From the human T2T-CHM13v2.0 reference genome, Homo sapiens: DNA of 64,000 nt. The notes under the pieces are model-generated. The model saw nothing but the letters and a program-made list of their open reading frames with translations. It did not search any database and had not been told where the DNA came from. The translations under genes and the position numbers were made by a program. Below are positions 1-12,223 of this stretch, piece by piece (the first letter of the stretch is position 1; the number at the start of each line of letters is the position of its first letter). The stretch is taken from the NCBI RefSeq assembly GCF_009914755.1, contig NC_060934.1. One strand, given 5' to 3'.

Positions 1-960
1 GTGTACGAACATCCTAGCATTCTCCAAAGAAATACACTTTAAATACTAACAATCCCGTATTCTATAAACCGACTTAGATAATTCATCTATCTGCTGATAA
101 ATATACACACAAACCAGTATACACACCCAAGATGCACAGAAATATCTCCAGCATATCATTTATAAATACCCATAAAAACACTTCCCAATCCCAAATTATC
201 CCAATCTAGTATGAACCAGCTCCCACATTGCCAAGTACTAACCAATAACCATATCACATACCTCTGATACATATAAATTCAACTCTCCCACTCTCCTGTA
301 TAAAAAGAGAACCCCATCTCTCTATCAGACACACACATACTAAATTCCCAGAATATATAACCCTAATAACCACTTACTGCAAAACACAAGCACATAGCTC
401 CACAAAACCTACATCTAAACTGCCACGCCCTTGAACGCACACACAAACTCAATACTCATGTAGTTCTCTACATGCCCTAAATATACCCGCGATTAACTAA
501 CACGCCACAAATATGCAAACATGCCACCTCATATCCCCAAATACACATACAGTTCCACAATACTGCCCGGCCCAGTTATGACCTTCTTTAATCTGCAATC
601 TCCACACAGACACAACCAACCCACACACGTGAATACATATTAGATTCTCACCAATTAAATACATATCAAATTCCAAACTAAGAATTCATATAAACACATT
701 TTCACATACACAAAACCACCCCCACAAATCTCACACCCTCCAAAATCCAAAATAAATCTTCCTGACATTCTCAAGTACACACTAACCCAACCACCCAAGA
801 TACACACGTATGTGCAGTAAATTTTAGATACATGTGTAGCCTACAATTTACAAATAATATACCACTACTTTTTATTTGTAAATTCCACATAAGTAAGCGA
901 TTCTCATGGGAGCTTTTCTTGACTTTGGCCACACTCTTGCATCCACAACCAACTTGTGCT
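1..960. repeat. C/A-rich, G-poor low-complexity tract (degenerate CA-type simple sequence)
   Basis: Many acac/cacaca motifs and very few G on +; no fixed period and no credible ORF. Confidence 0.55.
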
Positions 961-1289
961 ACCAAGTGAACAGACTATGACTAAAGGCCTGTTCTTCCAC
1001 TTTGCAGCTGCTCATATCAGTGACAAATCAGCGTATTAGAACAAGCATGCTGGCTGATTATTCTGATCAAGTCAACAAGCTTCACAACTCACTCAATGAG
1101 GTCGTCCGTGAGAACTTCACTGTTTTACCAGGACAGGAGCTACTTCTTTGCTGAACTGCATCACGGTTTCAACTGCTGAGGTTTTCTTCAAGCTTTTGAA
1201 TTGTTTGGAATGTGAAAGGCACGGCTGAGACACACTTTGGCATTCCCACTGCATTGTTACACCTCCCCCATCACTTCAGGTCCAGGGAG

Positions 1290-1830
1290 CAAGGGAAAGG
1301 AGCGCAGCCTGGGTGTCCCGCAGGGCCCCCGCTAGGAAAGCTATGAACGATCCCGCCTTTAAGCGCAGCCACAGGCCTGCTCTGGTCACAATGTGGGGTC
1401 GCCCCGCAGACACCGGTGACCAGTGGGAGCATGACCAGGAGGTGATTACCTTCTAATCACCCTTGGTTTTATTTTTAGGTAACATCAAGGAGGACGCCAT
1501 GAGAGCGAAGGCCGTTGGGTAACCGCCCTTTGCTCTCGTGCTGCGCATCTCCCTGCCATAAACCGCCGCAACCGGCACTGGGAGCGGTTGAGGGCGGCCG
1601 GCCTCACGCTGGGAGCGGTTGAGGGCGGCCGGCCTCGCGCTGGAACCTCACCCGCCTCAAGGCTCGTGTGGCAGCGCACGGGGCAGGCCAGGAGCCCGCC
1701 CTGGGAAGGCCCCGCTGGAGATGTGGAAATGGAGGGAGGCAGCACCTGGGCGCTTCCTGGGGCCAGACAAGCCCCCTCATTGGAACCTCCATGACCATGC
1801 CTCTGAGAAACCAGCGCGTCCACAGCGACC
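1290..1830. promoter_or_regulatory. CpG-rich island / candidate promoter upstream of the NUTM2 copy
   Basis: Locally dense CpG and GGGCGG motifs about 1.6 kb upstream of the NUTM2 ATG; promoter function is inferred. Confidence 0.5.
1578..1639 (+). repeat. 31-bp tandem duplication (2 copies)
   Basis: ctgggagcggttgagggcggccggcctc(a/g)cg at 1578-1608 and 1609-1639. Confidence 0.9.
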
Positions 1831-3350
1831 ACTCCTAATTTTCGGTAATACAAACCTGCAGTCCATGCACTTAGGTAACACCCTTGCTGAAAGGTTTACC
1901 TTTGGAGGGTTTATCCTAAAGCAAGGTATCCTCGAATTGCATGTCTTGCATTCCCTTTGGACGGCATTTATTTCATTCCTGCTCATGCCTTTCAAAAAAT
2001 AGTATGCCCTGTTTTCCTACTCAGTCTGGAGGTTCCATTGAAGAATATTTCTGGCAAATAATTTTAGACCTGAAAACACACTCCAAAATATACTTTCTTC
2101 TGACTCCATTCCCAGAGTTTTTCCTACCGCATTCAAATGATTTCTAGAAATGTTTTTGTTGTAGCCTTGATCAATTTCAGTCGATAAAGCAGCAGATAGT
2201 AAGGGAACAATTCCACGCTCCCCACCCCTGACTCTGCAACACAGTGCAGAATTCCAGTTGGCAATAAAAAACTAGTAGAGAAGCAATTCACTGACTTAAG
2301 TTTGTAACAGCTTCAGAAAAAACTTTAATCGTACATCCTTTCTGCTCATTTGCAGGATTCCTATCGTCTGTCTCCACGTGATAACACTGAAGAGCCTTCA
2401 CGTTGATGCAGGCCCAGGGCCTCAAGTGCAGAGACTGAGAGCTCTGCAGGACACAGCATGGAGCTGCCATTCCTCTACTGGGTGGAGGAGCATGTGTCCT
2501 CTGAACAGGGGATCGAAGCCCTGAGATGTTCTTTCTCAGCTGTCAGTGCGGCCAAGGACTTTCTGTGGGGATGCTCACAGAGCAGGGGCCAGAGGACTTT
2601 TAGCCACCACCTCCCATGGCCAGTCTTCACAAATTACCTTTGGCTAATTTGATTGTCTCTCCTCCTGGGGTCTAGGACTTCAAACATGTACAGAAGCAAT
2701 TGCAGAATTAAGACACTTCCACAATATATTTTTTGTATCACTGGCTCAGAAAAAGTCTCATTCAAATCCTGTATCAAAGCCATGTGTGACAATCTTGAGA
2801 AACCATCAGTTGACTGACTTGACAAGGGAGGAAGCAACCAAAAATTCTGCCCTTCTTCAGTATCTGAGTATGGTATTTTGCTTCAACATCCCTCTTAGAT
2901 GAAGTTATTGATTGAAAATCATTTAAGTTTGCCCCATGGTAAAAGATCAAGTCCTCAGAAAGATCTCCAAAGCGTTTATGGTTTGTTTTGTTTTGTTTTG
3001 GTAAGTTTACCATGATTTTGCTTGAATTGCTCTCCGTTGATCTTCTCAGCTAAGATTGAGGTAGAGTTGCACAGCAGAAGAGGGCTGCATGTACCTGGGG
3101 TACAAGGATTGCTTCCTAAACAATGATAAGCACACAGCCACCTAATAGTCTGGATCGGCTGAGACCATTCTGATTTCAAACACCCAGTCCCCTTGCCTTC
3201 GTAAGAACCCCTGTGTTTCTCAGACTGAAGATGTGTTTTGAATTTTGTTCACGAAGTGAGGCCACTGTTGAAACTCGTCAAGACTGGGAAAGAGCCAAAG
3301 TGGGAAGGAGCATGGGTTGACTGGCACAAAAGTAGGTCTGTTGATAAAGA

Positions 3351-3732
3351 ATGGAAGTAAAGGGGACATCAGGTAGAAGCTTTTGCTGTGAGTCAGAAGG
3401 ACAATTTAAAAGTTGCCTAAAGAGGCACACGCCATCTCTGCTGCTGCCTTCCAGTTGGAAGGGAAACTCAGGTTCTTGCCTAATGGCTGAAGCCCTTCAC
3501 AGAATGTCCCCCACCCCTACCAGCTGCCCACTGCCCCTCCCCCTCTGCAGAATGTCTGGGGTCCTATGTTCCAAAAACCTGTTTACATTCAAATTTTAAC
3601 TGCTTCAGTTGGACTCAGGAGCATCTGCTGAGCCAAGTCACTCTCTGGGTCTTACCCTTGGCTTTTCTCATTGCGGAAACTGCCAGACAGCGGTGGTCAG
3701 TGCCCAGCCTGAGGGGATGGCTTCAAATGGAG
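3351..3732 (+). pseudogene. NUTM2 copy exon 1 (coding part)
   Basis: ATG 3351; in-frame TAA 3597; second ATG (MASNG) 3717; donor gtaagc at 3733. Confidence 0.88.
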
Positions 3733-5780
3733 GTAAGCCTATAGGGATGGGGGCATTATCTGAGTCTGCCATGCCTCAACTCCTTAGGAATTCAAATTTG
3801 ATACTGCCCCGGGGACAGTTGATAGGGCTGATGTTGAGGAGGGAGGGAAGACTGGATGTCCCCAAGGACATCACACCTGGGGATGGCTATGGCACCCTGA
3901 GTCTGTGTTTAGGGAGGACGGCCCCTTAGAGGTGGAACAAGATGCCTGGGTAATACACCGTGTAGGAGAAAGGACAGAGTGGATTGATCCTTTCTAGAAG
4001 GAGACAGGTCACATCATTTTGTGTTTGTAGGGAGTGGTGGGATCATGTTGTGCTGGTGGCCCCGGGAGGATGATAGGCAAGCCTGAACCCTGTGCCATAT
4101 CTTTAGGCACCTGGAAGGTGCCCTTCCATAGTGTTCAGAGAGATTTGGGCTGGAGTTTTCTAGATCTTAGGGAGGAGTGGGGAGAAGTGGTCTCAGCCAG
4201 AAAACTGTTGGGTGGGTTGGCTGTGACAGAGCATGTAGTGACAGCCCCTGTGTGGGCGAGGCTGGGGGCAACTGTAACTGCCACAGCCCAGAGCCCCTCA
4301 GCTCTCTCCCTAGAGATGGCTTCTCCATCAGTTCAGGTAGCTGTTGGCTTTGATTTAACAGGGGTGGGGGCAGATGAGGAAGTTCAGGCAACACAGGGCC
4401 TGGGTTTCTTGAATTGTTCTGAATTGTTTGCCCTGTTGTGGAAGCTCAGGTCTTCAGACCCACTTCCTCTTGTCTGCTAGCTCATGGCCTGTCCTCTGCA
4501 CTTTGTGTTACTGTGGAGATGAAGAATTTGCTCCTATTCCATTTATACTACCTCATGAACGGGGGGCAGGTGTGGATTCTTGCTGGTTCTCAGTGGAAGG
4601 GTCTGGAAAGTCTGGTTTCCTTTTCAGTAGAGGAAGGAGAGTAGCACACAAATAGGAAGATGGTTCTCTTATTATTATTATTATTCAAGTTAGGATATGT
4701 GTCCTGAATGATGAGGTGCATGTGCTGTATCCCTTATTCCCCTTGACTAGAGACTGCATGAGGTCCTATTGAACAGGGATGAGTTCCAGACAACTTTGCC
4801 TCACCCGGCCCATGGCCCAAGAACCCCTGGTTTTTGGTTGGTCACTATGTTCAGTTATTGGGAGCTTAAAGGAGAAGGACCAGGGATGGGCTCCTTGTCC
4901 CACTACCTATTGTAACATGACCAGCAGCTGTGAAAATCCCTAGACAACTCCCCTGATAGCCCTGCTGCTCACCATTTGCTGGCTGTGTTCTAATCGTGTG
5001 TGGCTTTTGCTGGCTATGCAGTGACACTGTTTCAGGGGACTCCACCACTGCCTCTCAGACCTGCTCCCTGGGAACAGAGCTTCCTGAGTGGCAGCCGGGA
5101 CCATCGAGTACTGCGGAAAGGGTGGCCTGAATCTGACCCCTATTTAGCACTTGCTGTGGGTGGTGCCAGGACAATCACTTGCATGCTGGGCATGACGAGT
5201 TATGGATTATCTTCAGGGTTCCTAGGGCGCTGGCTTGGGAAAGATTTCCATCCAGTGGTTTTGTTTTGTTATGTCTGAGCTGGGAAAGAAAGGGGTTTAC
5301 AAGAGCTTCAGGAAAAGGAAGATTGAAAAGGAGATGGGGCCATAATATTCGGAAGCTTCTGGCTTCCTGTCGGCCTTCTGAGTGCCGAGTACTGCCCTGG
5401 GGTAGGCCCCTCACCTGTTGCTGAGCACGCTGAGGACCACCAGGCCGCTGAGAGACTCATCCCTGACCCATGGCTTGGGAGATGCCTGTGAGGCTGACAG
5501 GGTCTGCCAGGGACAACCGAGGGAGACCCTCGGGCAGCGAAGGCTTGGCTGTTGCTTCTTGGGAGACAGGGGTCAGGGAGTCTTGGTGACCGGGGCCAGG
5601 CTCTCTAGTGGAGTGACTCTCCATGGAGGAACAGAGCATCCGATGCACACTCAGGGACATTTGCAAGCTGCAGTTTCCCTATCATACGCCCTTAGCTGTT
5701 GGGATTCCCCTCTGATTCTCCAGTGACTAGTGTGGACCTGGAGACCCCAGCTCATTCACCTCTTTCCTTTGTCTCCACAA

Positions 5781-6479
5781 CATACCCAGTGCTGGGACCG
5801 GGCGTGACCGTGAACCCTGGTACCTCCCTGTCTGTGTTCACGGCTCTGCCCTTCACCACACCCGCTCCTGGCCCAGCACACAGGCCGCTCCTTGTGACTG
5901 CAGGGGTTCCTCCAGGCGGCCCTCTGGTGCTGTCTACCTTCCCCAGCACACCTCTGGTGGCAGAAGAGGATGGCTGCGGCCCGAGTGGGGCCGGGGCTTC
6001 CAACGTCTTTGTCCAGATGAGGACAGAGGTGGGGCCTGTGAAGGCCGCTCAGACACAGACCTTGGTCCTAACTCAGGCCCCCTCATCTGGCAGGCTCCAG
6101 GCGCCCTCTGTGGAGGTGTTGTGTGTCCACCTCCCCTACTCCTGGCAGCTGCTCCTGTGGTGCCTGTTATGGCTGCCCAGGTGGTTGGGGGCACCCAGGC
6201 CTGTGAGGGAGGCTGGTCCCAGGGCCTTCCTCTTCCACCACCACCACCACCGGCTGCCCAGTTGCCCCCCATTGTGTCCCAAGGGAATGCTGGGCCATGG
6301 CCACAAGGGGCTCATGGAGAGGGCAGCCTGGCTTCCTCCCAGGCCAAGGCCCCGCCAGATGACTCCTGTAACCCCAGGAGTGTCTATGAGAACTTCCGAC
6401 TCTGGCAGCACTACAAGCCCCTGGCCCGGAGGCACCTTCCCCAGAGTCCTGACACCGAAGCGCTTTCGTGCTTCCTCAT
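5781..6479 (+). pseudogene. NUTM2 copy exon 2
   Basis: YPVLGPG...TQAP and, in the shifted frame, CPPPLLL...ALSCFL; acceptor reads ccacAA; donor gtgagt at 6480. Confidence 0.88.
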
Positions 6480-7019
6480 GTGAGTGTCCTCGGGGCATTG
6501 GAGCTGGTCCTGCAGCTCACACGTAAAGAGGCTGCTGGATGGACGGGAGGTCACGCTGTTCAGGGGAGCTTGCAGGGCGGTTGTGAGGGTGATGGGCTGC
6601 ACTATGGGAAGGTACATTTTCAACAATATTAATCTGGCTGCGGCTCAGGACAGACTGTCAGGGGCCTCATCTCAACTGCCCGTCACTGTCCTGTGAGTCC
6701 AGCCAATCCTTACTTTCAATAATTTTTACAACAATGTCTACAGAAGACCCAGGTCAGAGAGGGTTCCTGGTGTGATGTGAGCTACGGTTTGGGTTTAGGT
6801 CTTTGAGTACACACCCCAGTGCCTCCCCTTTAACCCAGTATTGATGGCCAGGAGCACCTCACATGGGGCTGGGGGAAGGAGCTGCAGGGCCCAGCAGGAA
6901 CCTGGCACATGCCCGCAGTTCCGCTGAGGTCCAGTTAGCACAGTGATGGTGGAGCCTGCACAGGGGGATGGTCTTGGGCCCTGCACTGGGGCCGATGCCG
7001 GGCAGGTATTTGCATCTTC

Positions 7020-7180
7020 ACCCTCAATCCCTCCTAGAAAAAGGGACAATGATGCTTCATTCAGAGGATGGTGAAGAGATAACTTGAGCTCACATATGAC
7101 ATGCATAGCACAGTGCCTGGCACATGCTATGACATATTACATGACAGCATTATGATTACTGTCCCCATTACTATCATTAT
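7020..7180 (+). mobile_element. MIR SINE fragment
   Basis: Contains the MIR 3' core motif tagcacagtgcctggcacat; boundaries approximate. Confidence 0.6.
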
Positions 7181-7603
7181 CAAGACTAGGCCATCTAGGA
7201 GAGCACTCACCAAAGCCACGGGCTCCAGTGATAGCTCTGAGTGCACCATGAGTCCAGCAGCCCAGGGCCATGGACTGTGGTGACTGTGAGGCAGCAACGT
7301 CAGCATCTGGGAGAGTTTGTGGTTTCATTCCCAGTCCCTGCCTCTCTCCACCCTGCAGCGCCTCTGTGACCCTGTGTTTCCCGCTGATGAGCAAACGGGA
7401 GCTTGAGCACATCCACCGTGCAACACACTGGCCATTCCCCTAGGGAAGTCCCCTGCCTGGGGTGTAGGTGGAAGGTGGCCCCATCTTCATCCCCAAAAAT
7501 CTCGCTGTTCCCGCACCCTGGAACTGGTTGCATTCCTCCTTGGAGCGGAGTCCCGGTGCACTGGGGACCCTGATTCTTGGGGTGGAGCTGCCCCAGGCTC
7601 ACA

Positions 7604-7636
7604 GGCCTTTGCCATGGCTCCTGTGGGAATGTGGGA
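7604..7636 (-). repeat. 33-bp inverted repeat, copy A (pairs with 9685-9717)
   Basis: The reverse complement tcccacattcccacaggagccatggcaaaggcc matches 9685-9717 at 32 of 33 positions. Confidence 0.9.
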
Positions 7637-7842
7637 TCTGGACCTGCTGCTTGCAGTGGCGTGGACACCGCTCTGCTTTGGTTCTGGACGTGTGCTCCTG
7701 CTCCTCATGCTCCAGGGCCCTGAGGCTACGTCCCCAGGGGCTGCCTTGCTCCAGAGTCCCCAGGAAGCCGGTTAAATGCTCAGTCTTGGGGCCCTGGAAC
7801 CTGCACTTTAACCCTCACCCCCAGGTCATTCTGTGTGCACGC

Positions 7843-8196
7843 TGTCTCAGTCAGCTCAGGCTCTGCCGTAACGAATGCCATAGACTGGATGTTTTATCAA
7901 GACACATTCATGTCTCCCAGTTCCAGAGGCCAGAAGTCCCAGATCAAGGTGACAGCAGATTGGGTGTCTGGTCAGGGCCCTCCTCCTGGCTGGAGAGAGC
8001 TGTCTCTGGCTATGTCTCCTCGTGGCTGAGAGCAAGAGCCCTGGCGTCTCCTTCTGCCCTTATCAGGGCTTGGATTCCATGACTGGGACCCACGCTCATG
8101 ACCTGCTTTAACCCTGATTGCCTCCAAATACTGACACACTGGTGCTGAGGGCTTCAGCACAGGAATGTTGGAGACACACAAGTTCCACCCGTAGTA
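7843..8196 (-). mobile_element. MaLR LTR (MLT1A-like)
   Basis: Typical antisense MLT1 motifs (cagttccagaggccagaagtcccagatcaaggtg; gggcttcagcacaggaat). Confidence 0.7.
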
Positions 8197-8435
8197 CTGA
8201 GTCCACTTCTCAACACTGAGGACTCGAGGGGCAGTCGGAGAGGCCACTTGGTAGCTTGTGTTGATGTTTGATCTTGGGGGTGTGTCCTGGGGCCTGAGGA
8301 GCCCACATGGGGGAGAACAGGACAGGGACAGATGGCAGGACAGGTGTGGGGAGGACAGGGGCCAGGTGTTGGGACCAGGTGGGCTTGGGATGAAGGGTGG
8401 GCTTATAGACTGAGACTGACTGCAATGGTTTACAG

Positions 8436-8564
8436 CCCAGTTCTCCGATCTCTGGCCCGGCAGAAGCCCACCATGACCCTGGAGGAGGGACTGTGGCAGG
8501 CCATGCAGGAATGGCAGCACACGAGCAACTTTGACCGGATGATCTTCTACGAGATGGCAGAAAA
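8436..8564 (+). pseudogene. NUTM2 copy exon 3
   Basis: tacag|CCCAGTT; [43 protein letters not shown]; gtgagt donor. Confidence 0.9.
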
Positions 8565-9536
8565 GTGAGTCTGGGGTCCTGGGAGCAGGGCCCGCGTGGC
8601 AGGGTGAGAGTGAATGACAGAGGCCCGGTGGCCATGGTGGCTTCTCAACGTGGAGTATGAGGAGGGTGTGGAGAAGCCCAGGACACTCTGGGCCCCTGGA
8701 TCCCTCAGGAAGCGGCTCCTGCCACCTAGAGTGTTCTGGGGTCTCTGTCCTGGCCTATTGGGAAGCACCCCCTGCCTGGCCTGGGGCCATCCCTGCCTTG
8801 ACACTGGAGGTCATGGCAGGAGCAGCCAGTATCACAGCCCAAAGTGGGTCACCTCCAGCTGTGGGGATGGGGAGAAGGGGTGCTAGTGACTATGGACAAG
8901 AGTAGGGTGCAGGCTCCTCACAGCAGTGGCCAGAAGTCGGTTTTCTCCCATCCCAGCCTGGCCAGGGAGTTGGGTTGGGGAGATCTGCACCTGGGACACG
9001 ATGGGACCCATCTCTGGCCTGACTGCCTTTGCTCCTGGGCAGTCCCCTCCATGAAGGCAGACAGATAGACAGCAGCCTCAGGGGAAAGGGGCCCTGTCCT
9101 CTGAGCTCAGCTTTTGCTTCCTCCTGACCAGGGGTCTCCCAGGCCTCATGCCCCTGGGTTATCTTTCAGGGGCCCACAGTCCTAGCCTCAGGACTCCTGC
9201 ATCTGGGCATCATCCCTGATGCCTTCTGCCATACACCCCACCCCTGGCCAGCTGAAACCTGGAGGAGAGGTCCCCCGAGACCCTCCTGGACCTCATGGCC
9301 CTGAGTTGAGTCAGGAAGCCCCGTTGATGCCATGGGCTCTGCAGGGGCTGGGTGAGGGAGGGTGAGCCCAGAACTCTGGGAGCAGCTTTCTCCTGGGACT
9401 GGGGGATGGGACACAGTGAGGGCCTGGACAGCCCACCCGAGGCACTCCCTCCTATCCCTGCCCTCGGCCACTGCCTGGTCCTGGGGGGAGCGGGCCTGGA
9501 CCCTCTCAGCACAGCCTGGGCCTCCTTCACCCCCAG

Positions 9537-9676
9537 ATTCCTGGAGTTTGAGGCTGAGGAGGAGATGCAGATTCAGAAATCGCAATGGATGAAGGGGCCC
9601 CAGTGCCTGCCTCCTCCAGCCACACCGAGGCTTGAACCTCGAGGACCCCCGGCCCCTGAGGTGGTCAAGCAGCCAG
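9537..9676 (+). pseudogene. NUTM2 copy exon 4
   Basis: cccag|ATTC; [17 protein letters not shown]...VVKQP; gtatgg donor. Confidence 0.9.
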
Positions 9677-9684
9677 GTATGGCT

Positions 9685-9717
9685 TCCCATATTCCCACAG
9701 GAGCCATGGCAAAGGCC
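9685..9717 (+). repeat. 33-bp inverted repeat, copy B
   Basis: tcccatattcccacaggagccatggcaaaggcc, starting 8 nt after the end of exon 4. Confidence 0.9.
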
Positions 9718-10118
9718 AAAGGGGCCAAGGGAGGCCATTGTCCCCACACCCCATGCTTCCCTTCAAGAGGGGGATTTGCTCCCTCCAACAGGACAGTTTC
9801 CAGGAGCATATGTTCGGTATTGACCTGGTCAAGTTTCCTAGCTACTCTCTCCCCTCGCCTGTCCAAAACTCCACATATGCTCTGCCCAGGAAGCAGGGAT
9901 GAGCGGGGAGAGTACACGGCATATTGGTGGCTCCAAACTTCCTCCCAAGTGATGCTGTCTCAGATGTGCCCCTCCTGCCTCCTCTGGGGGCGCTGCGGTT
10001 CAGGTGGTCCTGACCCAGCTGGGACCCACTTCACATCCCCAAGCCCTCCCCTCCCCTGTGTGGTGCAAGCAGGAGGAGCGGCCCTCACCATGCCCGTCCT
10101 CCTCCCTCTCTGCCTCAG

Positions 10119-10500
10119 TGTACCTTCCCAGCAAGGCCGGCCCCAAGGCCCCGACTGCCTGCCTGACACCACCCAGGCCCCAGAGGCCAGTGACCAAGGC
10201 CCGCTGGCCACCACCCCGGCCCCACCGGCGAGCAGAGACCAAGGCCCGCCTGCCACCACCCAGGCCCCAGAGACCAGCAGAGACCAAGGTCCCTGAGGAG
10301 ATCCCCCGAGAAGTGGTGCAGGAGTATGTGGACATCATGGAGGAGCTGCTGGGGCCTTCCCTCGGGGCCACGGGGAGCCCAAGAAACAACGGGAAGAGGG
10401 CGAAGTGAAGCAGCCACAGGAAGAGGACTGGATGCCCCCAGACCCGGGCCTCCTGAGCTACATTGACAAGCTGTGTTCCCAGAAAGACTTCGTCACCAAG
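10119..10500 (+). pseudogene. NUTM2 copy exon 5
   Basis: ctcag|TGTAC; PPRPQRP repeats, [19 protein letters not shown], frameshift, then [14 protein letters not shown]; gtgagc donor. Confidence 0.88.
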
Positions 10501-10592
10501 GTGAGCTGGCCTGGAGTGCTGGGGTCTGCTGGATTCCAGGGGGTGGCACTCCCAGGTCCTTGGAATTAAGCTTTGTTCCTTAGCGACTCAGC

Positions 10593-10845
10593 AGTGTGTG
10601 TATTTCCATGGATTTGAGAGTCTGTGTATGTGATTGTGTGTGTCTGTGTGTTGCTGTGTGTTTGTGTCTGTGGTTTGTTACTGTGTGTCTTTGTGTGTCT
10701 GTGTGGGTGTGAGTGTGGAGTGTGTACGTTACCTGTGTCTGTGTCTTTTCCTGTGTCATATGTGGGTCTGTTTGTGTGTCTGTGTGTGGTTTGTGTGTCT
10801 CTGTCTGTGTGTGTGTAGCTACCAGGTCTGTGGTCTGTGTCTGTA
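10593..10845. repeat. (TG)n-rich degenerate microsatellite in NUTM2 intron 5
   Basis: Interrupted tgtg/tctg runs. Confidence 0.85.
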
Positions 10846-10985
10846 GCTGGTGGTCACCATGATATGAGACAGCCCCAGGAGGGTGGGGACGGGGTGCTCG
10901 CTGCTTTCTGCATCTCCTCCAGGTGTCCTTGGCTCCAGGTTACTCCCTGCCCAGGAAGCTCATGCCTTCTTCCTTCTGTTTCCAG

Positions 10986-11102
10986 GTGGAGGCCGTCATT
11001 CATCCCCAATTCCTGGAAGAATTGCTTTCCCCAGATCCACAGATGGATTTCTTGGCCCTAAGCCAGGAGCTGGAGCAGGAGGAAGGACTCACCCTTGCCC
11101 AG
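10986..11102 (+). pseudogene. NUTM2 copy exon 6
   Basis: tccag|GTG; [39 protein letters not shown]; gtaccc donor. Confidence 0.9.
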
Positions 11103-11437
11103 GTACCCCAGGGGCAGGAGGGACCTGGCACACAAGGCCCACCTGATTGTCTAATCCTGCCCGCTGGGGATGCTCGGCTTCTTGGGGAGCCACTCTGGAG
11201 TGGGAAGATGCAGGTTCAGAGGGAGTAGGATGGACAGGAGCCAGGGAGGGGAGTCGGCATGCAAGCTGTGGTGAGGCCCAACGGGATGCCCGGCAGAGCC
11301 ACACCCTCTCTCTTTGACATAAAGCCCAGCTTTATGTCAGGCTTCCCTACCTGCTGCCTAAGTGCCCTGGTCTCCACCACCCTGGGCCCTGCTCACACCT
11401 GGGGCAGTGCCAGTAAGTGCCCCCTTTCCTCCCGCAG

Positions 11438-12223
11438 CTAGTGGAGAAGCGCCTCCTACCCTTGAAGGAGAAACAGCATGCGAGGGCAGCCACTAGTCAT
11501 GGCACAGCCCGGTTGGACTCAAGTTCTTCTAAGTTTGCAGCTGGCCAAGGAGCAGAGAGAGATGTCCCTGACCCCCAACAAGGGGTTGGCATGGAAACCT
11601 GCCCACCCCAGACGACTGCCCGGGACTCTCAGGGACGAGGCAGAGCACACGCTGGCATGGCCAGGTCCAAAGACTCTGTTGTGCTTTTGGGATGTCAGGA
11701 TTCCCCTGGGCTGAGGGCTGCCCGGCCAACCTCTCCTCCCCAGGACCACAGACCCACCTGCCCTGGCATGGGTACCAAGGATGCCTTGGATCTCCCTGGA
11801 GGGTCTCCTGTCAGGGAGTCACATGGGCTGGCTCAGGGGTCAAGTGAGGAGGAGGAACTCCCCAGCCTGGCCTTCCTCTTGGGTTCCCAGCACAAGCTTC
11901 TGCCCCGGTGGCTACCCCAGAGCCCTGTCCCTGCCTCGGGCCTTCTCAGCCCAGAAAAGTGGGGACCCTAGGGAACTCATCAGTCCCCATCTGCTGAGAG
12001 AAGAGGCCTCAACCTAGCACCTTCTCCTGCCAACAAGTCCAAGAAGCGACCTCTCTTTGGAAGCCTGTCCCCTGCTGAAAAGACACCCCACCCAGGGCCT
12101 GGGCTCAGGGTCTCTGGGGAGCAATCCCTGACTTGGGGGCTGGGTGGCCCCTCACAGTCTCAAAAGAGAAAGGGTGACCCCTTCATCTCCAGGAAGGAGA
12201 AGAAGCAGCATTGTAGCCAGTAG
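11438..12223 (+). pseudogene. NUTM2 copy exon 7 (coding part)
   Basis: cgcag|CTAGTG; LVEKR...EKWGP* (premature TAG 11969), then homology continues to KEKKQHCSQ and the ancestral TAG at 12221-12223. Confidence 0.88.

Larger units (their letters stand above)
3351..12223 (+). pseudogene. NUTM2HP: NUT family member 2 (NUTM2/FAM22) unprocessed pseudogene, 7 exons
   Basis: Translated exons match NUTM2A/B/D-type protein (MEVKG...MASNG / YPVLGPG...ALSCFL / PVLRSLAR...EMAEK / FLEFEAEEE / VYLPSK...DFVTK / VEAVIHP / LVEKR...KKQHCSQ*). Lesions: TAA 3597-3599, exon-2 acceptor AG>AA 5779-5780, -1 frameshift in the C-run ~6078-6082, -1 frameshift in the G-run 10372-10375, TAG 11969-11971. The family call is firm; the specific symbol is inferred from neighbouring pseudogenes. 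Confidence 0.9.

Noticed and set aside
5699-6526. 275-aa ORF on +
   Set aside because: It is NUTM2 exon 2 with intronic lead-in and post-frameshift nonsense sequence.
9352-10296. 314-aa ORF on +
   Set aside because: It reads through NUTM2 intron 3, exon 4, intron 4 and an off-frame part of exon 5 in GC-rich DNA; not an independent gene.
10624-10846. Cys/Val-rich ORFs (also 23897 and the His/Thr-rich ORF at 28256)
   Set aside because: Translation artefacts of TG/CA microsatellites.
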